Virus record (IMG/VR): IMGVR_UViG_3300032247_000581
Coordinates: 1-64,000 of that record
Source of the DNA: a virus
Taxonomy: Duplodnaviria > Caudoviricetes
Length of the DNA: 64,000 nucleotides
Strand: one strand, 5' to 3'
A program made the position numbers and the translations under genes. The notes beneath the pieces were generated by a model that had not been told where the DNA came from, did not search any database, and saw only the letters and a program-made list of their open reading frames with translations. Positions 1 through 9,711 of this stretch are shown here, one piece after another; the stretch's first letter is position 1, and each line of letters begins with the position of its first letter.

Positions 1-71
1 ACATCATCAAATCCCATGTGCATCTCTACTGTGGTGTCGCATAGTAAACACGTAAAATCATACTTTGGCAT
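1..71 (-). CDS. FmdB-like zinc-ribbon protein, 5' part (runs off window start)
   Basis: Not in ORF track; reads MPKYDFTCLLCDTTVEMHMGFDD, MP-Y-x-x-x-CxxC pattern; ATG overlaps stop of upstream gene. Confidence 0.65.
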   Translation of the reverse strand, partial: MPKYDFTCLLCDTTVEMHMGFDD

Positions 72-418
72 CAGTCTTTATCTCCGTATCCTGCTTCTCG
101 TAATAAGTGTACAAAGTCTTCAAGCCTGAGTAACGTAACCCACTCGCCGATGTTTGCTTCACCTTGACCATTAAGACGTAAGACCGCAACTGGTAAATCT
201 TTTCCATTGTGTCGTTCCTTTAGTTGTTTAATAGCAGCACTTGGGTTAAAACCTGTACGGGATTTTACTTCCCAGTCTATACCTATTGTTCCTGTTACAT
301 CACTACCGCTACGACCAGCGCCAGCGCTTTCTGCAAAGGGGAATCCATGTTCAGCTAAATACATGGCTAATACTTTTTGACTTCTATAGCCTCTATGTTT
401 ACGTGATTGACTTGGCAT
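71..418 (-). CDS. Hjc-like Holliday junction resolvase / PD-(D/E)XK nuclease
   Basis: N-terminal KHRG, SD...WEVK catalytic motif, C-terminal PVAVLR strand. Confidence 0.7.
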   Translation of the reverse strand: MPSQSRKHRGYRSQKVLAMYLAEHGFPFAESAGAGRSGSDVTGTIGIDWEVKSRTGFNPSAAIKQLKERHNGKDLPVAVLRLNGQGEANIGEWVTLLRLEDFVHLLREAGYGDKD

Positions 419-921
419 TAAGGAGTAAACCTGTTCATCCGCATACGGTCACGGTCACTTGAAGTACGGCGAGTAAGCTCTCGACTTACCAATCCATAGT
501 AACGCTCCATATTGTCTTGTGTAGTCTCCATCAGTTTACGGTAGGCATACGTGTAATTTTTTGCTTTTAACTTCTCTTGTATATCAGGGGTAGCAAGGAC
601 GGCAGCTTTTAATAGCCCAGCCTTCTCTGTACTTTTACCTGTTGAAGTAGCAAGCAACGCTCTAGCCTCAGCTAAGTCGTAAGCATTTTCTGCCTCTAAC
701 TCTGCAATCTGAGCACAAGCAGTTTGAGTACGCATCATGTTGTAGTTTTCCATGTATTTAGAAGCCATAACCATCAACTCTTGGTCATCTACCAAAGTAA
801 TATCGGTTGGAAAATCTGGCATATTTACATCTAAAGTCTGCCTAATTGCTAAACCTTGTTTTTCTAAAACTGCAATGATGGACTCGCTTATTCCTGTAGC
901 CTCAAGCTTGAACATCGTCAT
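418..921 (-). CDS. helical protein, possibly UvsY-like recombination mediator
   Basis: Start reassigned to MTMFKL (921 or 915) behind AAGGGG; long amphipathic helices, in RecA/nuclease block. Confidence 0.45.
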   Translation of the reverse strand: MTMFKLEATGISESIIAVLEKQGLAIRQTLDVNMPDFPTDITLVDDQELMVMASKYMENYNMMRTQTACAQIAELEAENAYDLAEARALLATSTGKSTEKAGLLKAAVLATPDIQEKLKAKNYTYAYRKLMETTQDNMERYYGLVSRELTRRTSSDRDRMRMNRFTP

Positions 922-1783
922 ACCCCTTACATTGATAACACCTAGCGTTGGCGTCAATATTACAGGTAGGCGCCTCATGCTTGTCAACTGCGGCAACAAT
1001 GGCTGCAGCCTCTTCAAGTATGTGCGAGATGCCAAAATCACTTTTAGCAACTACAAACTCTTTGTGTGTTTGATTAGATTTGTTTTCATACAAAAACAAA
1101 GCTTCTTGGGGCTGATGCTCAAGTCCAATAAGTTCAGCTAACTTCATATACATTTGTGCTTGTTTAATGTGGCTCATAAAAGGGGCGTTTAAAGCCTTCC
1201 ACATATCATCAAGGTTTCCGCCGTGCTCAGCCATAAGTTGAGGGGCTTCAAACCTAAATGTTCCAGCACCAATGGATTTAATTTCAAGCATAAGTGGCTC
1301 ACCAAAACCAAGAAGAATTCCATCTGCATGGCCTGCAATACGCAAAGATTCGTAGTTTAAAGATACTTCATCATATCTAAGATGCTTTGGGTCAACTTTG
1401 TGGTTTGAAGGAATGCCTACAAAAGTGTCGTTGCAATCATTACAAAAATACCGACCCCATAAAGTATCCATATCTCTAAATATATTTTGCCAACCAGCAT
1501 GGATATCGTGACCTGTTTGAAAAACACGCTTTTGGCTAAGGGTTACACGATACTTGCTGGGCGGTGGTGGAAAGCCCAACAATTGAAAGTAGGAGCTGCG
1601 GTGGCACCAATCATCTTTAACCATCGCTGAAGGGTGTAGTACATCAGAGCGTCTATCAGTGGGTGCTGGCTTAGTAATTAAATGTCGTTCAACGGTAGTA
1701 AGGACGCGAGATTCTTTCTTACCTGCTTCTAGAAACTTCTTTAACGTTCCTTCAGGTTTAAACTTGTCGTCTTTTACCGCCAT
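902..1783 (-). CDS. Cas4-like PD-(D/E)XK exonuclease
   Basis: PS...C-R motif, G-x-x-x-H, GHADG...LEIKS, Q-x-x-x-Y, C-terminal C...CxxC. Confidence 0.8.
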   Translation of the reverse strand: MAVKDDKFKPEGTLKKFLEAGKKESRVLTTVERHLITKPAPTDRRSDVLHPSAMVKDDWCHRSSYFQLLGFPPPPSKYRVTLSQKRVFQTGHDIHAGWQNIFRDMDTLWGRYFCNDCNDTFVGIPSNHKVDPKHLRYDEVSLNYESLRIAGHADGILLGFGEPLMLEIKSIGAGTFRFEAPQLMAEHGGNLDDMWKALNAPFMSHIKQAQMYMKLAELIGLEHQPQEALFLYENKSNQTHKEFVVAKSDFGISHILEEAAAIVAAVDKHEAPTCNIDANARCYQCKGYDDVQA

Positions 1784-2099
1784 TTTTATTTACCCATTCT
1801 TCAAGTGTGAGGCCTACCTTAGCAGCTTTTCTACTTAAAGCGTTACGCTCTCGGTGACTTAAGCCGCCCCAAATTCCATGTTGTTCATCCATTTTTTCTG
1901 AATACAACAGACATTGCAGACGAACTGGACACTCTGGAGAACCGTCTTTACCAAAACATACGGCTTTAGATTTATCTGCAATATTTTTATATTTTGCTTT
2001 ATCTCTGGGTGGATACCAAAGCTCAGTATCCATACCGCGACATTTAGCTGTGTAACGCCAATCTTCTACGTCGCCTGAGCCTTCGTATGACAAGTGCAC
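1758..2099 (-). CDS. whiB: WhiB-family Fe-S transcription factor
   Basis: AKC...ELWYP...C...CPVRLQCL...GIWGGLSHRER. Confidence 0.92.
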   Translation of the reverse strand: MHLSYEGSGDVEDWRYTAKCRGMDTELWYPPRDKAKYKNIADKSKAVCFGKDGSPECPVRLQCLLYSEKMDEQHGIWGGLSHRERNALSRKAAKVGLTLEEWVNKNGGKRRQV

Positions 2100-2410
2100 T
2101 CCATGAGGGTTTGGCGCATTTCTAGAAAATCATCCTCAAGTAGCATTATGTAATTATTCTCGTTAAGACTTACACCCAGTACAGGCATTCGGCTATCAAG
2201 AATTGCTTCATTGACAATTTTTTCCAAAACTGCGGCTTTAACAGTAAAGGAGGCTTTGCCCGTCCACTTGTGCTCTATTAAAAGCTCATTGGTGCGAACA
2301 TCGCCTTTACGATTCCAAAAAGCTCCACTGGCTGCTGTTCGTTTGCCATCAAACTTTTTTGCTAATCGTGCCTCATGCTTCTTAGACTGCTTTTGTCCTT
2401 CACTCCTCAT
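2066..2410 (-). CDS. second Hjc-like resolvase / PD-(D/E)XK nuclease
   Basis: HE-x-R-LA, SGA...KGDV...IEHK motif. Confidence 0.7.
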   Translation of the reverse strand: MRSEGQKQSKKHEARLAKKFDGKRTAASGAFWNRKGDVRTNELLIEHKWTGKASFTVKAAVLEKIVNEAILDSRMPVLGVSLNENNYIMLLEDDFLEMRQTLMECTCHTKAQAT

Positions 2411-3476
2411 CGGAGTCTTCTGCTACAAACTTTGAGCCCGCTTTAATCGAGTCTAGTACGTCGCGTTCTAAGGTTTCTTTCAGGTCTATCTCTTCCCGTA
2501 TAGAGGCAAGCATAGCATCTGCCCCCTGCCACTGACGAGTCTCGCCATTGATGTCGTAACGGTAATAAGCACCTGCTCTAGTGACTACCTTATTAATGAT
2601 TCCCATAGCCACAATTTCTTTAGCAAAGTCATAGTTACCACGGTCTACAGTCCCTCCAGGGGCAAAATAAAAGTCTACAAATGCTGTCTGAGAAGGTGGG
2701 GCAGACTTGTTCTTTAAAGTGCGAATTTTAATAGTCTGACCTACACGATGCTTTTCTTGACCTGTACCTATCTCAATCCAGTCGTCTCTTTTAACTTCTA
2801 TACGGGTAAAGAAGGCGTAGTCCTTGCCTAAACCACCTGGAGTAGTGCGGGGGTCACCGTACATCACGCCAATTTTAGAACGCCATTGATTCACCATGAT
2901 GCCAATAAAAGGCCGCTCAGCCTCTACTAAGGAGCGTTTAGAAGCTTTGCCAACCTTACGAAAGAACTTGTTAGTAAGTAAAGCTGTACGCCCTACTGTT
3001 GATTCTTCCATTTGTTTCTCGTCCTCTGAACTAGGAACGAGGGCAGGAAGGCTATCAATAACAACGCAATCCACGGCTTTACTTTCAACGATTTCAATGA
3101 CAGCTTCATAGGCATCCTCCATAATATTTGTAGAAATTACATAAACGCGGGATAAATCAACACCACACATCTCTGCATATGCTGGTACCCATTCTTCTGC
3201 AGCAACCCATACAGCAGTAAACTGCGGGTCTTTTGCTTGGTTAGCGGCAATAGTTTTTAATGCAATTGCAGTTTTACCATTACTAGCTTCACCAATAAGT
3301 TCATGCCACTGGTTAACAGGCCACCCACCACCTAATGCAACGTCAAATGCAAGTGAGCCCGTAGTCATACGACCATTAGTGTCAACAATGTCCTCACCAA
3401 GAACTACAGTATCTGCGCCCATCTTCTTGTTAATTTTATTGATAACTTTGAGAAGCTCTACATTTGCTAATGCCAT
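2400..3476 (-). CDS. recA: RecA recombinase
   Basis: TGSLAFDVALGGG, Walker A GEASNGKT, VIDS, NQWR..IGVMYGDP.TTPGG, KNK. Confidence 0.95.
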   Translation of the reverse strand: MALANVELLKVINKINKKMGADTVVLGEDIVDTNGRMTTGSLAFDVALGGGWPVNQWHELIGEASNGKTAIALKTIAANQAKDPQFTAVWVAAEEWVPAYAEMCGVDLSRVYVISTNIMEDAYEAVIEIVESKAVDCVVIDSLPALVPSSEDEKQMEESTVGRTALLTNKFFRKVGKASKRSLVEAERPFIGIMVNQWRSKIGVMYGDPRTTPGGLGKDYAFFTRIEVKRDDWIEIGTGQEKHRVGQTIKIRTLKNKSAPPSQTAFVDFYFAPGGTVDRGNYDFAKEIVAMGIINKVVTRAGAYYRYDINGETRQWQGADAMLASIREEIDLKETLERDVLDSIKAGSKFVAEDSDEE

Positions 3477-3853
3477 TAAATATGTCCAATGATTGTCTGT
3501 GGGTTAAATCCGCCTGATGCAACTTGTCGTGCTGCTTGCGGTGGTCCTGATGCTTGTGGTCCACCAACGATTCCTTTACCAACCCCTGAACCTGATTGCT
3601 GAATTGGGTAGCCGCAGTCGTAACAACGAGCGCGAGAACCTTCTCCACCTACATAATTACCACTACCGCAGCCAGGACAACGAGGTGTTGTCGCAATGTT
3701 TTGACTTGGTGGGTAGTACTGCGTAGGAGCAGGTTGCGGAGGATACGAGGGTTGTTGGGGAACGTAATTTTGTGGCACAGGAGCCATGGGTGGCTGAGGC
3801 TGTGCAGGTTGTTGGGGCGCACCTAATTTATTTGCCCACCAGTTGTTACTCAT
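3476..3853 (-). CDS. Pro/Gln-rich protein with zinc ribbon
   Basis: CPGC...CYDC; coupled to recA. Confidence 0.7.
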   Translation of the reverse strand: MSNNWWANKLGAPQQPAQPQPPMAPVPQNYVPQQPSYPPQPAPTQYYPPSQNIATTPRCPGCGSGNYVGGEGSRARCYDCGYPIQQSGSGVGKGIVGGPQASGPPQAARQVASGGFNPQTIIGHI

Positions 3854-4313
3854 ATTCCTCCTTATAGTAGTCCCCAGTGCTTACTGCATGGGGATGGATA
3901 ATATCAAGTTCTATACCAGATGAAAAGGCGGTTACAAGGGCCGAAAATCCAATAGATTTATAAAACTCTGTCATGTGTTGTAGTTCATCTGGGCCAAATT
4001 CTCCCTCTTCTATAAGACCTTCTTTAGTCATATCACGCATCTGCACAGCAACAATAATCTTGGCGTTAAGTTCGCTAATGATGTCCATGAAAGGAAGTAA
4101 ATCTTCTACATATTCTAAACGGTCTTCACTATCTTCAGCCTCTTTTTTATCGCCCTCTTCACTGACAGGGTTTAATCCAAGAAGTACTGCAATTTCATTT
4201 GGGTACTCAACACTTAAATCATATAAAGACCAACGTGTAATGGTGCTAAATGGAATTTCTTTCTTTTCAATTTCAGGGGAAAAACTTTCAAATATGCGTC
4301 GAAACCAATTCAT
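3846..4313 (-). CDS. hypothetical acidic protein
   Basis: ORF overlapping both neighbours in operon. Confidence 0.65.
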   Translation of the reverse strand: MNWFRRIFESFSPEIEKKEIPFSTITRWSLYDLSVEYPNEIAVLLGLNPVSEEGDKKEAEDSEDRLEYVEDLLPFMDIISELNAKIIVAVQMRDMTKEGLIEEGEFGPDELQHMTEFYKSIGFSALVTAFSSGIELDIIHPHAVSTGDYYKEEYE

Positions 4314-6310
4314 TTAGCTTGGCCCCATTTCTGAACAGTCGTAATGTCTGCTATCAATGGTACATCAAGAAGATTGATACCCTCCATAGCCTCACGGATG
4401 GCTTCAGCGGTTTCTTCCGCTTTATTATCAGGTGTAAGAGTTACAAGCTCATCATGCACTGTTAAAAGCAGTTTAGCCTCTTTAGGAATCATGTCGTAAG
4501 CGCGAACCATAGCAAGTTTAATAATGTCGGCTGCTGAGCCTTGTATACGTGTGTTAAATGCTTGACGCTCTGCTCCAGATTTTTCACCAAAATTCCTAGA
4601 ATTAATCTCTGGAAGATATCTACGGCGTCCCAAAATAGTGGTGACATATCCACGTTGACGGGTACTTCCTACAACCATAATTCGATATTTATTAACGGCG
4701 TTAAATTTTTCTGAAAAGTCATCAAGTAATTTTTTAGCTTCGGTAAGCGAGCAACCTATAGAAGCTGCAATTTTGTCTGGACCCACGCCATATGCCATAG
4801 CCAATACTAATACTTTTCCCGCCTTACGATTTACGCCCATAGTGTCACCCACAGTTGTATAAATATCTCTACGGTTTAAATAGTTGTCTAACATAATAGG
4901 GTCTTTAGCCATTGAAGCAATTACTCTAGGCTCAATCTGTGAATAGTCGGCAACTACAAGTTTATATCCTTCAGGGGCGGCAAATAAATTACGAAGCATA
5001 CGACCATACTGTTTATCTTCAGGAACTTTTTCTGGGTCTTCTGGTGCAGGAATGTTTTGAAGATTTGGGTTACGGCTAGAAAAACGCCCAGTCTCAGCGC
5101 CATGTTGTACAAAATCGCAATGAATTTTGCCTTCAATAAGAAGACTTTCTTTATGCTGAATCTTAGACTTACCGTTGCTGGTTCTAGTAATTTCTCCACC
5201 TAAATATGGAATGATATAAGTAGTAAGCAATTTATTAAGGTCTGCATATTCTAAAAGGGCAGCAACTAACTCATTACTTTCACGGTAAAGCTCCAGTGCT
5301 GGTCCTGATACTGAATAATCTGATACCTCTAACGCGGTACCTTCGGCATCTTTAGCCTTACCTTTGTCAGTTAATACTTTTGGTTTTAACCCTTGCCCAC
5401 CATCGGCTTTACTGCTAAATAAAAGCACCTGTTTTTCAGGGTTAGAGTTAATGTTAAATACTTTGCCAGCAATGCGGTAAACATTAGAACGAGCTTTTTC
5501 AATTCCAATTTCTAACTTATCGTGAAGTATTTGTAACTGGTCAGTATCTATCGGGGCGCCAGCAAGCTTCATAGCGCACAAAACTTTTAAAACGCTCATT
5601 TCTAACTTCATTACGTTAGTTAGCTGTCCTTCTTCTAACTTTTTTTGTAAAACATTTTTATAAAGCATAAAGGTGTATTTAGCATCTAAATAAGCATATT
5701 TAGCTACAGTACTGAAAGCATACTTTTCAACTTCTTTACCTACACCTTTGACCATGTGGTAATTAAATTCACGGGCAAGGCAGTCATCTAAGCCGCACTT
5801 ATTCTTGTTTCGATTGTCATAAAGAAATGAGGCAATCATTGTGTCAAAGTAAGGTCCTGTTGGTACTTCTCCGTTGTAATACTTAGCAACAGAAGTTAAA
5901 TCAAATACAAGATTGTGACCTACTAGCGTTCTGCCTGTACCAAACATTAAAGGGTGCAAAGCGGCAAAAACTTCAGCAGGAAATAATTGTTCTGGAGGTG
6001 GGCCGTATGTAGTAACGGCCTTTCTTTTATCTTTTGAATAATCAGATTCTCTAATGGATAAACCTTCATCTTGGCGCTTTTGACCAGTGGGAGTTAAGGG
6101 GAATGCTTCACCTTCAAACTCTCCGTTGGGATGACCCATAGGAATAACATCACCACGACCAAGTGTTGCTAAGGAAATCCACAGCACTTCGTTAACCACG
6201 GTAACTCCACGTTGTGGCCCAACGGTTTCTACGTCGTAGGCAAACGAATCTTGTTGTAAGTAATATGCAACTAATTCATCTAACTGTTCTTTAGTCGTAA
6301 TGATATTCAT
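4310..6310 (-). CDS. polA: DNA polymerase family A (3'-5' exonuclease + polymerase)
   Basis: ExoI YDVET, ExoII GHNLVFD, ExoIII YAYLD, TGRFSSRNPNLQNIP, motif A DYSQIEPR, motif B RKAGKVLVLAMAYG, motif C VHDE. Confidence 0.96.
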   Translation of the reverse strand: MNIITTKEQLDELVAYYLQQDSFAYDVETVGPQRGVTVVNEVLWISLATLGRGDVIPMGHPNGEFEGEAFPLTPTGQKRQDEGLSIRESDYSKDKRKAVTTYGPPPEQLFPAEVFAALHPLMFGTGRTLVGHNLVFDLTSVAKYYNGEVPTGPYFDTMIASFLYDNRNKNKCGLDDCLAREFNYHMVKGVGKEVEKYAFSTVAKYAYLDAKYTFMLYKNVLQKKLEEGQLTNVMKLEMSVLKVLCAMKLAGAPIDTDQLQILHDKLEIGIEKARSNVYRIAGKVFNINSNPEKQVLLFSSKADGGQGLKPKVLTDKGKAKDAEGTALEVSDYSVSGPALELYRESNELVAALLEYADLNKLLTTYIIPYLGGEITRTSNGKSKIQHKESLLIEGKIHCDFVQHGAETGRFSSRNPNLQNIPAPEDPEKVPEDKQYGRMLRNLFAAPEGYKLVVADYSQIEPRVIASMAKDPIMLDNYLNRRDIYTTVGDTMGVNRKAGKVLVLAMAYGVGPDKIAASIGCSLTEAKKLLDDFSEKFNAVNKYRIMVVGSTRQRGYVTTILGRRRYLPEINSRNFGEKSGAERQAFNTRIQGSAADIIKLAMVRAYDMIPKEAKLLLTVHDELVTLTPDNKAEETAEAIREAMEGINLLDVPLIADITTVQKWGQAK

Positions 6311-6326
6311 ATAGTCCCCTTAAGGC

Positions 6327-6367
6327 AGAAAGGCCAGGGCAAGGGGTGTTGGCAACCTGGCCTTTCT
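6327..6367 (-). promoter_or_regulatory. 12-bp hairpin between SSB and polymerase (terminator or translational operator)
   Basis: AGAAAGGCCAGG-N17-CCTGGCCTTTCT; loop contains CCCCTT, complementary to the polymerase RBS AAGGGG. Confidence 0.6.
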
Positions 6368-6377
6368 ACATCTATTG

Positions 6378-7037
6378 TTAGATTAAGGCGTTAGCAATTT
6401 CTTCTAATTCAGAAACACTTAGCTTTCGAATTGAGTCTTCGCCAAACACTTTCATCTCTGCGATTGCGGCTTCAACTTTAGCCTCATCTACGCCCCAGTC
6501 TTCACCAAGGTCACGACCCTTTACAGGGTTAAGTGTGTAAGTTGTAAACTGCATTTGACCACTACGAGAAACGGCCCAATAGTTTTTAGACAATGGTCCT
6601 GCAGGTGAGTGGTGTGCTGCAAATAGAGATTTAAAGAAAAGGGGAGAGGCAACAAGCTTTGTTAATGTTGTCTCTGTTGGTGTAAGAACAGCGATTGAGA
6701 ATAGGTACTTCTTCTCAGGCTTGTGGTTTAACTTAATGCAAAGTGGGCATCCACTACCTAGACATACGTAAGAACGTTGTCCTTCTTTCTTTTCAGTAAG
6801 GAAGTGTTGTCCGTATTTGATTGGTTCTGCTGCGCCTAAAAACTTGATGACTTGCAAGGTTTCACTAAGCTTGAAATCCTTAGTGTATTCCTTAGGCTTA
6901 ACGTCATCTGCGACGGCATCCCAACCTGACTTAATTGCATCACTCGTATCTGCAATCCCTGCAGGGCGAGCTTCGATATTTTCCATTGAGAAATCGTCCG
7001 TTGCTGGTACGAATTCATCTGTGCTTTGAACTGCCAT
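6378..7037 (-). CDS. single-stranded DNA-binding protein (gp32-like)
   Basis: IKFL, QHF, YVC..GCPLC zinc motif, VSRSG...TTYTL, next to polymerase. Confidence 0.7.
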   Translation of the reverse strand: MAVQSTDEFVPATDDFSMENIEARPAGIADTSDAIKSGWDAVADDVKPKEYTKDFKLSETLQVIKFLGAAEPIKYGQHFLTEKKEGQRSYVCLGSGCPLCIKLNHKPEKKYLFSIAVLTPTETTLTKLVASPLFFKSLFAAHHSPAGPLSKNYWAVSRSGQMQFTTYTLNPVKGRDLGEDWGVDEAKVEAAIAEMKVFGEDSIRKLSVSELEEIANALI

Positions 7038-7069
7038 TTGTACTGCTCCTTTGTAGTATGTTTGAACTG

Positions 7070-7549
7070 CTAGTTTTGAACTGCTTGAGTTTCTTTTTCA
7101 AGGATTTTACTCCAAGTCTCAGCAAGCTCAATTGATACCTGCTGATGTAACGACCATTCTATACGCTTGACCTGTAAAAGTCCAGCTTTGTCAAAGATTG
7201 CTACAGCAGCTTCAATCATGGCTCGGCTATAAAGGCGTCTTCCTTTATGTTCTTCGCCATGTTTATTCTTCTTAGTGGGTAGCCGATAAGGGGCTTTAGG
7301 AAGATAGCCGTTTTCGTTCCAAACCCGTATTGAAACAAATGGTCTTCCTAGAGCTTGAGCTAGTGCACCAACAGTAAATAGTTCCACATCCTTTCCATTC
7401 GGAAGTGTCTTTAACTGCGGTTTAGAATCCCATTGCTGTTCTTGCACGTGTTGAATTGCTTTGGGTTCATCTGCACGTCGCTTTCTTTTACTGCCTGGAT
7501 AATAGACGTCTAGGTCAGCAAAAGTTGAATCAATAAAATCATCGGCCAT
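7070..7549 (-). CDS. MerR-like helix-turn-helix DNA-binding protein
   Basis: FTVGALAQALGR..VSIRVW.ENGYLP...GRRLYS. Confidence 0.75.
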   Translation of the reverse strand: MADDFIDSTFADLDVYYPGSKRKRRADEPKAIQHVQEQQWDSKPQLKTLPNGKDVELFTVGALAQALGRPFVSIRVWNENGYLPKAPYRLPTKKNKHGEEHKGRRLYSRAMIEAAVAIFDKAGLLQVKRIEWSLHQQVSIELAETWSKILEKETQAVQN

Positions 7550-7926
7550 TATTTAACCACAAATGCATAACTTATTTTTTCAGGCAACATATCCATAATT
7601 TCTTGCTCCGTAAATTCTTTTCTATAAAATGCAGCCATAATTGCTTCTTGGTCTAAACGGCGAACTAAAGGCATACAAGTATCTAACAAACCTTTTTCGG
7701 TAATAAGTTTTTCTGCTAATTCAGCGTTTAATGGATTAGAAACTTTACGCTGGTGAGTTAGGGTAATGCCATCTACCTCAAGTTTAATGTGGCCTTTGCC
7801 ATCTACTTCACCTAATTTTTCAAGAGCTTCTACAAGACTCTTTTTTAATTCTAATTCACGTTCTGAAAGAAATTTTATTTGCTCTTTAAGAGCTACATAC
7901 TGCTTTACTGTTGCTTCTAGTTCCAC
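7549..7926 (-). CDS. hypothetical coiled-coil protein
   Basis: GTG start with GGGGG RBS; N-terminal coiled coil. Confidence 0.7.
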   Translation of the reverse strand: MELEATVKQYVALKEQIKFLSERELELKKSLVEALEKLGEVDGKGHIKLEVDGITLTHQRKVSNPLNAELAEKLITEKGLLDTCMPLVRRLDQEAIMAAFYRKEFTEQEIMDMLPEKISYAFVVK

Positions 7927-7951
7927 ACATCCCCCTATGGTTTATACCAGG

Positions 7952-7980
7952 AGGTTAATGCCTTACTTAGGGGTTGTCAA
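7952..7980 (-). promoter_or_regulatory. sigma70/SigA-type promoter
   Basis: TTGACA-N17-TAACCT upstream of the 7926 gene and SSB/polymerase operon. Confidence 0.7.
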
Positions 7981-8112
7981 ATAAGACTCTAAAGCTTTTA
8001 TAATAATGCTAGTAACGGTTACGTTTTCAGAAGCCGCTTTCTTTTGGACAGCTTTCCACAGGTCATCTGGAACTCTAATGGTACGAGTAGGTGTTTTAGG
8101 CGCGTTTGGCAT
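7963..8112 (-). CDS. ribbon-helix-helix DNA-binding protein (49 aa)
   Basis: Not in ORF track; MPNAPKTPTRTIRVPDDLWKAVQKKAASENVTVTSIIIKALESYLTTPK. Confidence 0.85.
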   Translation of the reverse strand: MPNAPKTPTRTIRVPDDLWKAVQKKAASENVTVTSIIIKALESYLTTPK

Positions 8113-8121
8113 CCGTTAAGT

Positions 8122-9711
8122 CTACACCGAAGCCAGGTTTAGAAATTGCTTTAAAGTGCCTACAGTAAGCGGAACACCGCCTTTATCATCAATTCCTTCA
8201 CCATCTATAATGGCATTTGCTACCGAACTTTTTTGTTGTAAGGCGTCGTACTGGCGTTCCTCAATCGAGCCCCCAATAAGTAAATCTTGAATGACAATTG
8301 TTTTCCACGTAGACGACGCTCTTTTAATGCGACCATTGCGCTGAATAGCAGCACCGCTACTCCATGGTAAATCATAATTAATAAGCAAATTCGCAGCAGG
8401 TAAATCCACCCCATATCCGCCTGCGTCAGAAGAAACAAGAACTCTAATATTAGGAAGAGTATTAAACGCAATTTTATTCTCCTCTTTAGTTTTTGCATCC
8501 AATTTGCCTGAATATAGGCGACATTGGTCTTTACCAAGTGCTTCTGCAATTTTATCGAGCATATCAACATAAGTAGCAAAAATGACTACCTTGTTCTCAT
8601 CACTTTGGTCTAAGAAATCTTTTATGTACTCTATTAATGTGTCTAACTTATTAGAGGTAGATAAGTTGTCTAGGGCGCCATTATTTAATAGGTCATTGGC
8701 ATAAGAAGAGCCTTCACCATTTAAAGATAAATACTTGGTAGCACTTGTGCGTAAAAGGTCTGGGTGCGAGCATAACATTTTAAGGCAACCAATCTTAGAC
8801 ATGATTTTTCCACGCATCTCGTCTTCAGGACCATTACGAGAACTTTCTACGCCGTAATGGGCAAGGATGTTAAATGAGCTACCAAACTTTGCCTGTGCGT
8901 CATCTAAATCTTGTAAAAGGTCTTTTCTAATTTGTTCATACAATTTTGCAGATTTTCTATCAAAAACAACTTTGATAGGGTCTTTATGAATTGATTCTGG
9001 AAGATAGGGAGCAACATCTGGGTCTTTTTGTGCTTTACGAACTGCTGCTTCTTTCATTACTTGATGAAGAGTGGGCAGATTAATGTATCGCTCTACTCCA
9101 CCCCAAGTGTTACGAATAATAAACGTCTTGTCAAAATATTCAAATTTTCCTAATACATCTGAATCTACAAATTGCATAATGGAATAGAGTTCTTCTGGCT
9201 TTCCATTTTCAATAGGGGTGCCTGTAAGGGCAAATTTAAAAGGGGCATTAGATAAGCGTTTAGTATATTTAGAACGTTTAGAACGAAACGACTTAATAGC
9301 TGTCGCTTCGTCTAATACTACAAATCCTCGTGGAAGCTTCTTGACTTTATCCCAGTCGTTAACAATTTGCTCGTAATTAAGGATGATGTAATCAACCTTT
9401 GAATCCCGCCAGTTGTAGGCTTCTTCGTATTGTTGAGCTCGTTTTGCTGGCGTTCCATCAATGACCAGAGCTTTTGAAGTGTCATCCGTAAATTTCCTAA
9501 TCTGATTAGCCCATTGATATTTAAGGCTAGATAGACAGATTACCAAACCTGGCTCTTTAATTTCCCGTGAATCCATGAGACGTTCAACCGCTGCAATGGT
9601 TAACACAGTTTTACCTAACCCTAGGTCGTAGGCCACAAGCATCTTTTTTCGCTCGCACATGCGCTCTACTGCCTCTGGTTGGTAAGGAAGTAACGTACCT
9701 TTAAAGGACAT
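8122..9711 (-). CDS. SNF2-family helicase/ATPase
   Basis: LLPYQ, DLGLGKT, LDEA, LTGTPIEN, GYGVDL, QRNGRIKR. Confidence 0.93.
   Translation of the reverse strand: MSFKGTLLPYQPEAVERMCERKKMLVAYDLGLGKTVLTIAAVERLMDSREIKEPGLVICLSSLKYQWANQIRKFTDDTSKALVIDGTPAKRAQQYEEAYNWRDSKVDYIILNYEQIVNDWDKVKKLPRGFVVLDEATAIKSFRSKRSKYTKRLSNAPFKFALTGTPIENGKPEELYSIMQFVDSDVLGKFEYFDKTFIIRNTWGGVERYINLPTLHQVMKEAAVRKAQKDPDVAPYLPESIHKDPIKVVFDRKSAKLYEQIRKDLLQDLDDAQAKFGSSFNILAHYGVESSRNGPEDEMRGKIMSKIGCLKMLCSHPDLLRTSATKYLSLNGEGSSYANDLLNNGALDNLSTSNKLDTLIEYIKDFLDQSDENKVVIFATYVDMLDKIAEALGKDQCRLYSGKLDAKTKEENKIAFNTLPNIRVLVSSDAGGYGVDLPAANLLINYDLPWSSGAAIQRNGRIKRASSTWKTIVIQDLLIGGSIEERQYDALQQKSSVANAIIDGEGIDDKGGVPLTVGTLKQFLNLASV

Noticed and set aside
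902-1783. CRISPR-Cas system
   Set aside because: Solo Cas4-like nuclease in a recombination block; no other cas genes or array
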